Part shown: positions 58,223-59,299 of the stretch, piece after piece | Position numbering within the stretch: position 1 is the first letter of the stretch | How the letters are laid out: every line of letters begins with the position of its first letter | Assembly (NCBI GenBank): GCA_038236005.1 | Contig: JBBSTI010000001.1 | Location: 1-59,299 of the forward strand | Direction of reading: 5' to 3' | Length of the DNA stretch: 59,299 bases | Origin: Mycobacteriales bacterium | GTDB taxonomy: Bacteria > Actinomycetota > Actinomycetes > Mycobacteriales > SCTD01 | Translations under genes and position numbers: made by a program | Notes under the pieces: model-generated | The model's database searches: none | What the model saw: only the letters and a program-made list of their open reading frames with translations | What the model was told of the DNA's origin: nothing

Positions 58223-59041
58223 GTGGACGAGGTCGCCGAGGTCATCCGGATCGCCCGCGCCGCCGAGGCGGCCGACGGCACGTCAGCGCTCGACGAGGCC
58301 GCGCAGATGGCGCTGGCCGACGGGTCGGTCGACGTGGTGGTCCGCGACGGCGGCTTCGCGGTGCGACACGACGGCGACCTCAGCCTGGCCGTGCACCCCG
58401 ACCACCGCGGGCAGGGGGTCGCGACTGCCCTGCTGCAGGAGACGACGTACGACGCCGGGGTGACCGCGTGGTCCCACGGAGACCACCCCGCCGCCGCGCG
58501 GCTGGCCGCGACGTACGGCTGGGAGCGGGTGCGCGAGCTGTGGGTGATGCGGCGCAGCACCGCTCTCGCCCTGCCGCCGCTGGAGCCGCCCGCCGGTGTG
58601 TCGATCCGCTCCTACGAGCCCTCGGACGCTGCTGCGGTCGTCGCGGTCAACGCCGCCGCCTTCGCCCACCATCCAGAGCAGGGCTCGATGGACGCGGACA
58701 ACCTGGCCCGCCGGATGGCCGAGCCGTGGTTCGACCCGGCAGGCCTGCTCATCGCCGAGGACGCGTCCGGGATGCTCGGCTTCCACTGGACCAAGCAGCA
58801 CGATGCCCGCCTGGGAGAGGTGTACGTCGTCGGTGTCGCACCCGCCGCGCAGGGCCGCGGGCTGGGTGGGGTGCTCACCCTGGCCGGGCTGCTCCATCTC
58901 GCCGGCCTGGGCGTGGACGAGGTGCTGCTCTACGTCGAGTCCGACAACGCACCCGCCGTCGCGGTCTACTCACACCTCGGGTTCGAGCACGCGGCGCGGG
59001 ACACCCACGTGCAGTACCGCCGCCTCCCCGCCGCCCCCTGA
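58223..59041 (+). CDS. mshD: Mycothiol synthase-like tandem GNAT acetyltransferase (copy 2)
   Basis: Blocks AAFAHHPEQGSM, EPWFDPAGLLIAE, GEVYVVGVAPAAQGRGLG are collinear with copy 1. Confidence 0.8.
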   Translation: MDEVAEVIRIARAAEAADGTSALDEAAQMALADGSVDVVVRDGGFAVRHDGDLSLAVHPDHRGQGVATALLQETTYDAGVTAWSHGDHPAAARLAATYGWERVRELWVMRRSTALALPPLEPPAGVSIRSYEPSDAAAVVAVNAAAFAHHPEQGSMDADNLARRMAEPWFDPAGLLIAEDASGMLGFHWTKQHDARLGEVYVVGVAPAAQGRGLGGVLTLAGLLHLAGLGVDEVLLYVESDNAPAVAVYSHLGFEHAARDTHVQYRRLPAAP

Positions 59042-59101
59042 ACCCCGGCCGCCGACTGAACCCCGGCCGCCGACTGAACCCCGGCCGCCGACTGAACCCC
59101 G
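59037..59101. repeat. 18-bp tandem repeat (ACCCCGGCCGCCGACTGA) x3 plus partial units, starting at the mshD copy-2 stop codon
   Basis: Units at 59041-59058, 59059-59076 and 59077-59094, with a partial unit at 59095-59101. The gene's last 17 nt are a diverged copy of the unit. Confidence 0.9.
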
Positions 59102-59299
59102 GTATCTAGGGACATTCTGGTAGGCGAATCACGCGGTCCAACCACCATTTCGTCCCCAGATAGCCACGGCTTCTCCCCAAATAGCCACGGAAACGGCCAC
59201 GGCCCGCTCGCTCGGCTCGCTGCTCGACCAGCGGGACGCAGGCGTCAGCGCAGCGGCCGGACGTGGAGCCCGACCTCGGGATCCACGATGACCTCCTGC

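Noticed and set aside
59154-59202. Direct repeats CCCCA(G/A)ATAGCCACGG x2 (21-bp period) plus a third GCCACGG as a regulator binding site
   Set aside because: They lie between two convergent gene ends, not in a promoter region. With only two and a half copies, significance cannot be judged without genome-wide comparison.
59245-59299. 3' end of a minus-strand gene at the right edge (..QEVIVDPEVGLHVRPLR*)
   Set aside because: Only 17 codons are visible, too short to support a call or a product.

Overview
Very high-G+C actinobacterial (Actinomycetota) chromosomal segment. G+C was judged by eye, not computed, and the exact taxon cannot be determined from the sequence. I call about 60 protein genes and one tRNA-Gly(CCC). 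I found no rRNA, CRISPR array, transposase or integrase. Content is mostly core metabolism and transport: pyrE, dcd, ftsH, pstSCA with a detached inverted pstB, WS/DGAT, a DesA3-like desaturase with its reductase, a FadE5-like acyl-CoA dehydrogenase, MFS/AGCS/EamA transporters and several oxidoreductases. There are also two rhodanese loci, csoR-copZ, two PIN-toxin TA pairs and developmental/c-di-GMP genes (ssgB, an RsiG-like anti-sigma factor, a membrane GAF-GGDEF-EAL enzyme). The right third resembles the mycobacterial sseC2-cysA2-thiX / glnR-mshD-phoT neighbourhood, but here it is present as two diverged, inverted paralogous modules (mshD-glnR-moaD). Observations most worth follow-up: (1) an RsiG-type protein with both c-di-GMP-binding motifs, divergent from a DUF4388 protein with 15 pentapeptide repeats; (2) a secreted mini-protein of seven GGSLN repeats just upstream of the GGDEF-EAL gene; (3) a Cys-rich candidate leader peptide ahead of the DUF4395-rhodanese-DUF1416 genes; (4) a dispersed palindromic repeat family forming 61-62 bp periodic arrays in intergenic regions; (5) two tandem paralogous membrane-anchored proteins ending in Cys next to ssgB. 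No convincing defence island or mobile element was seen. All functional calls are by-eye motif and family recognition, not database searches.
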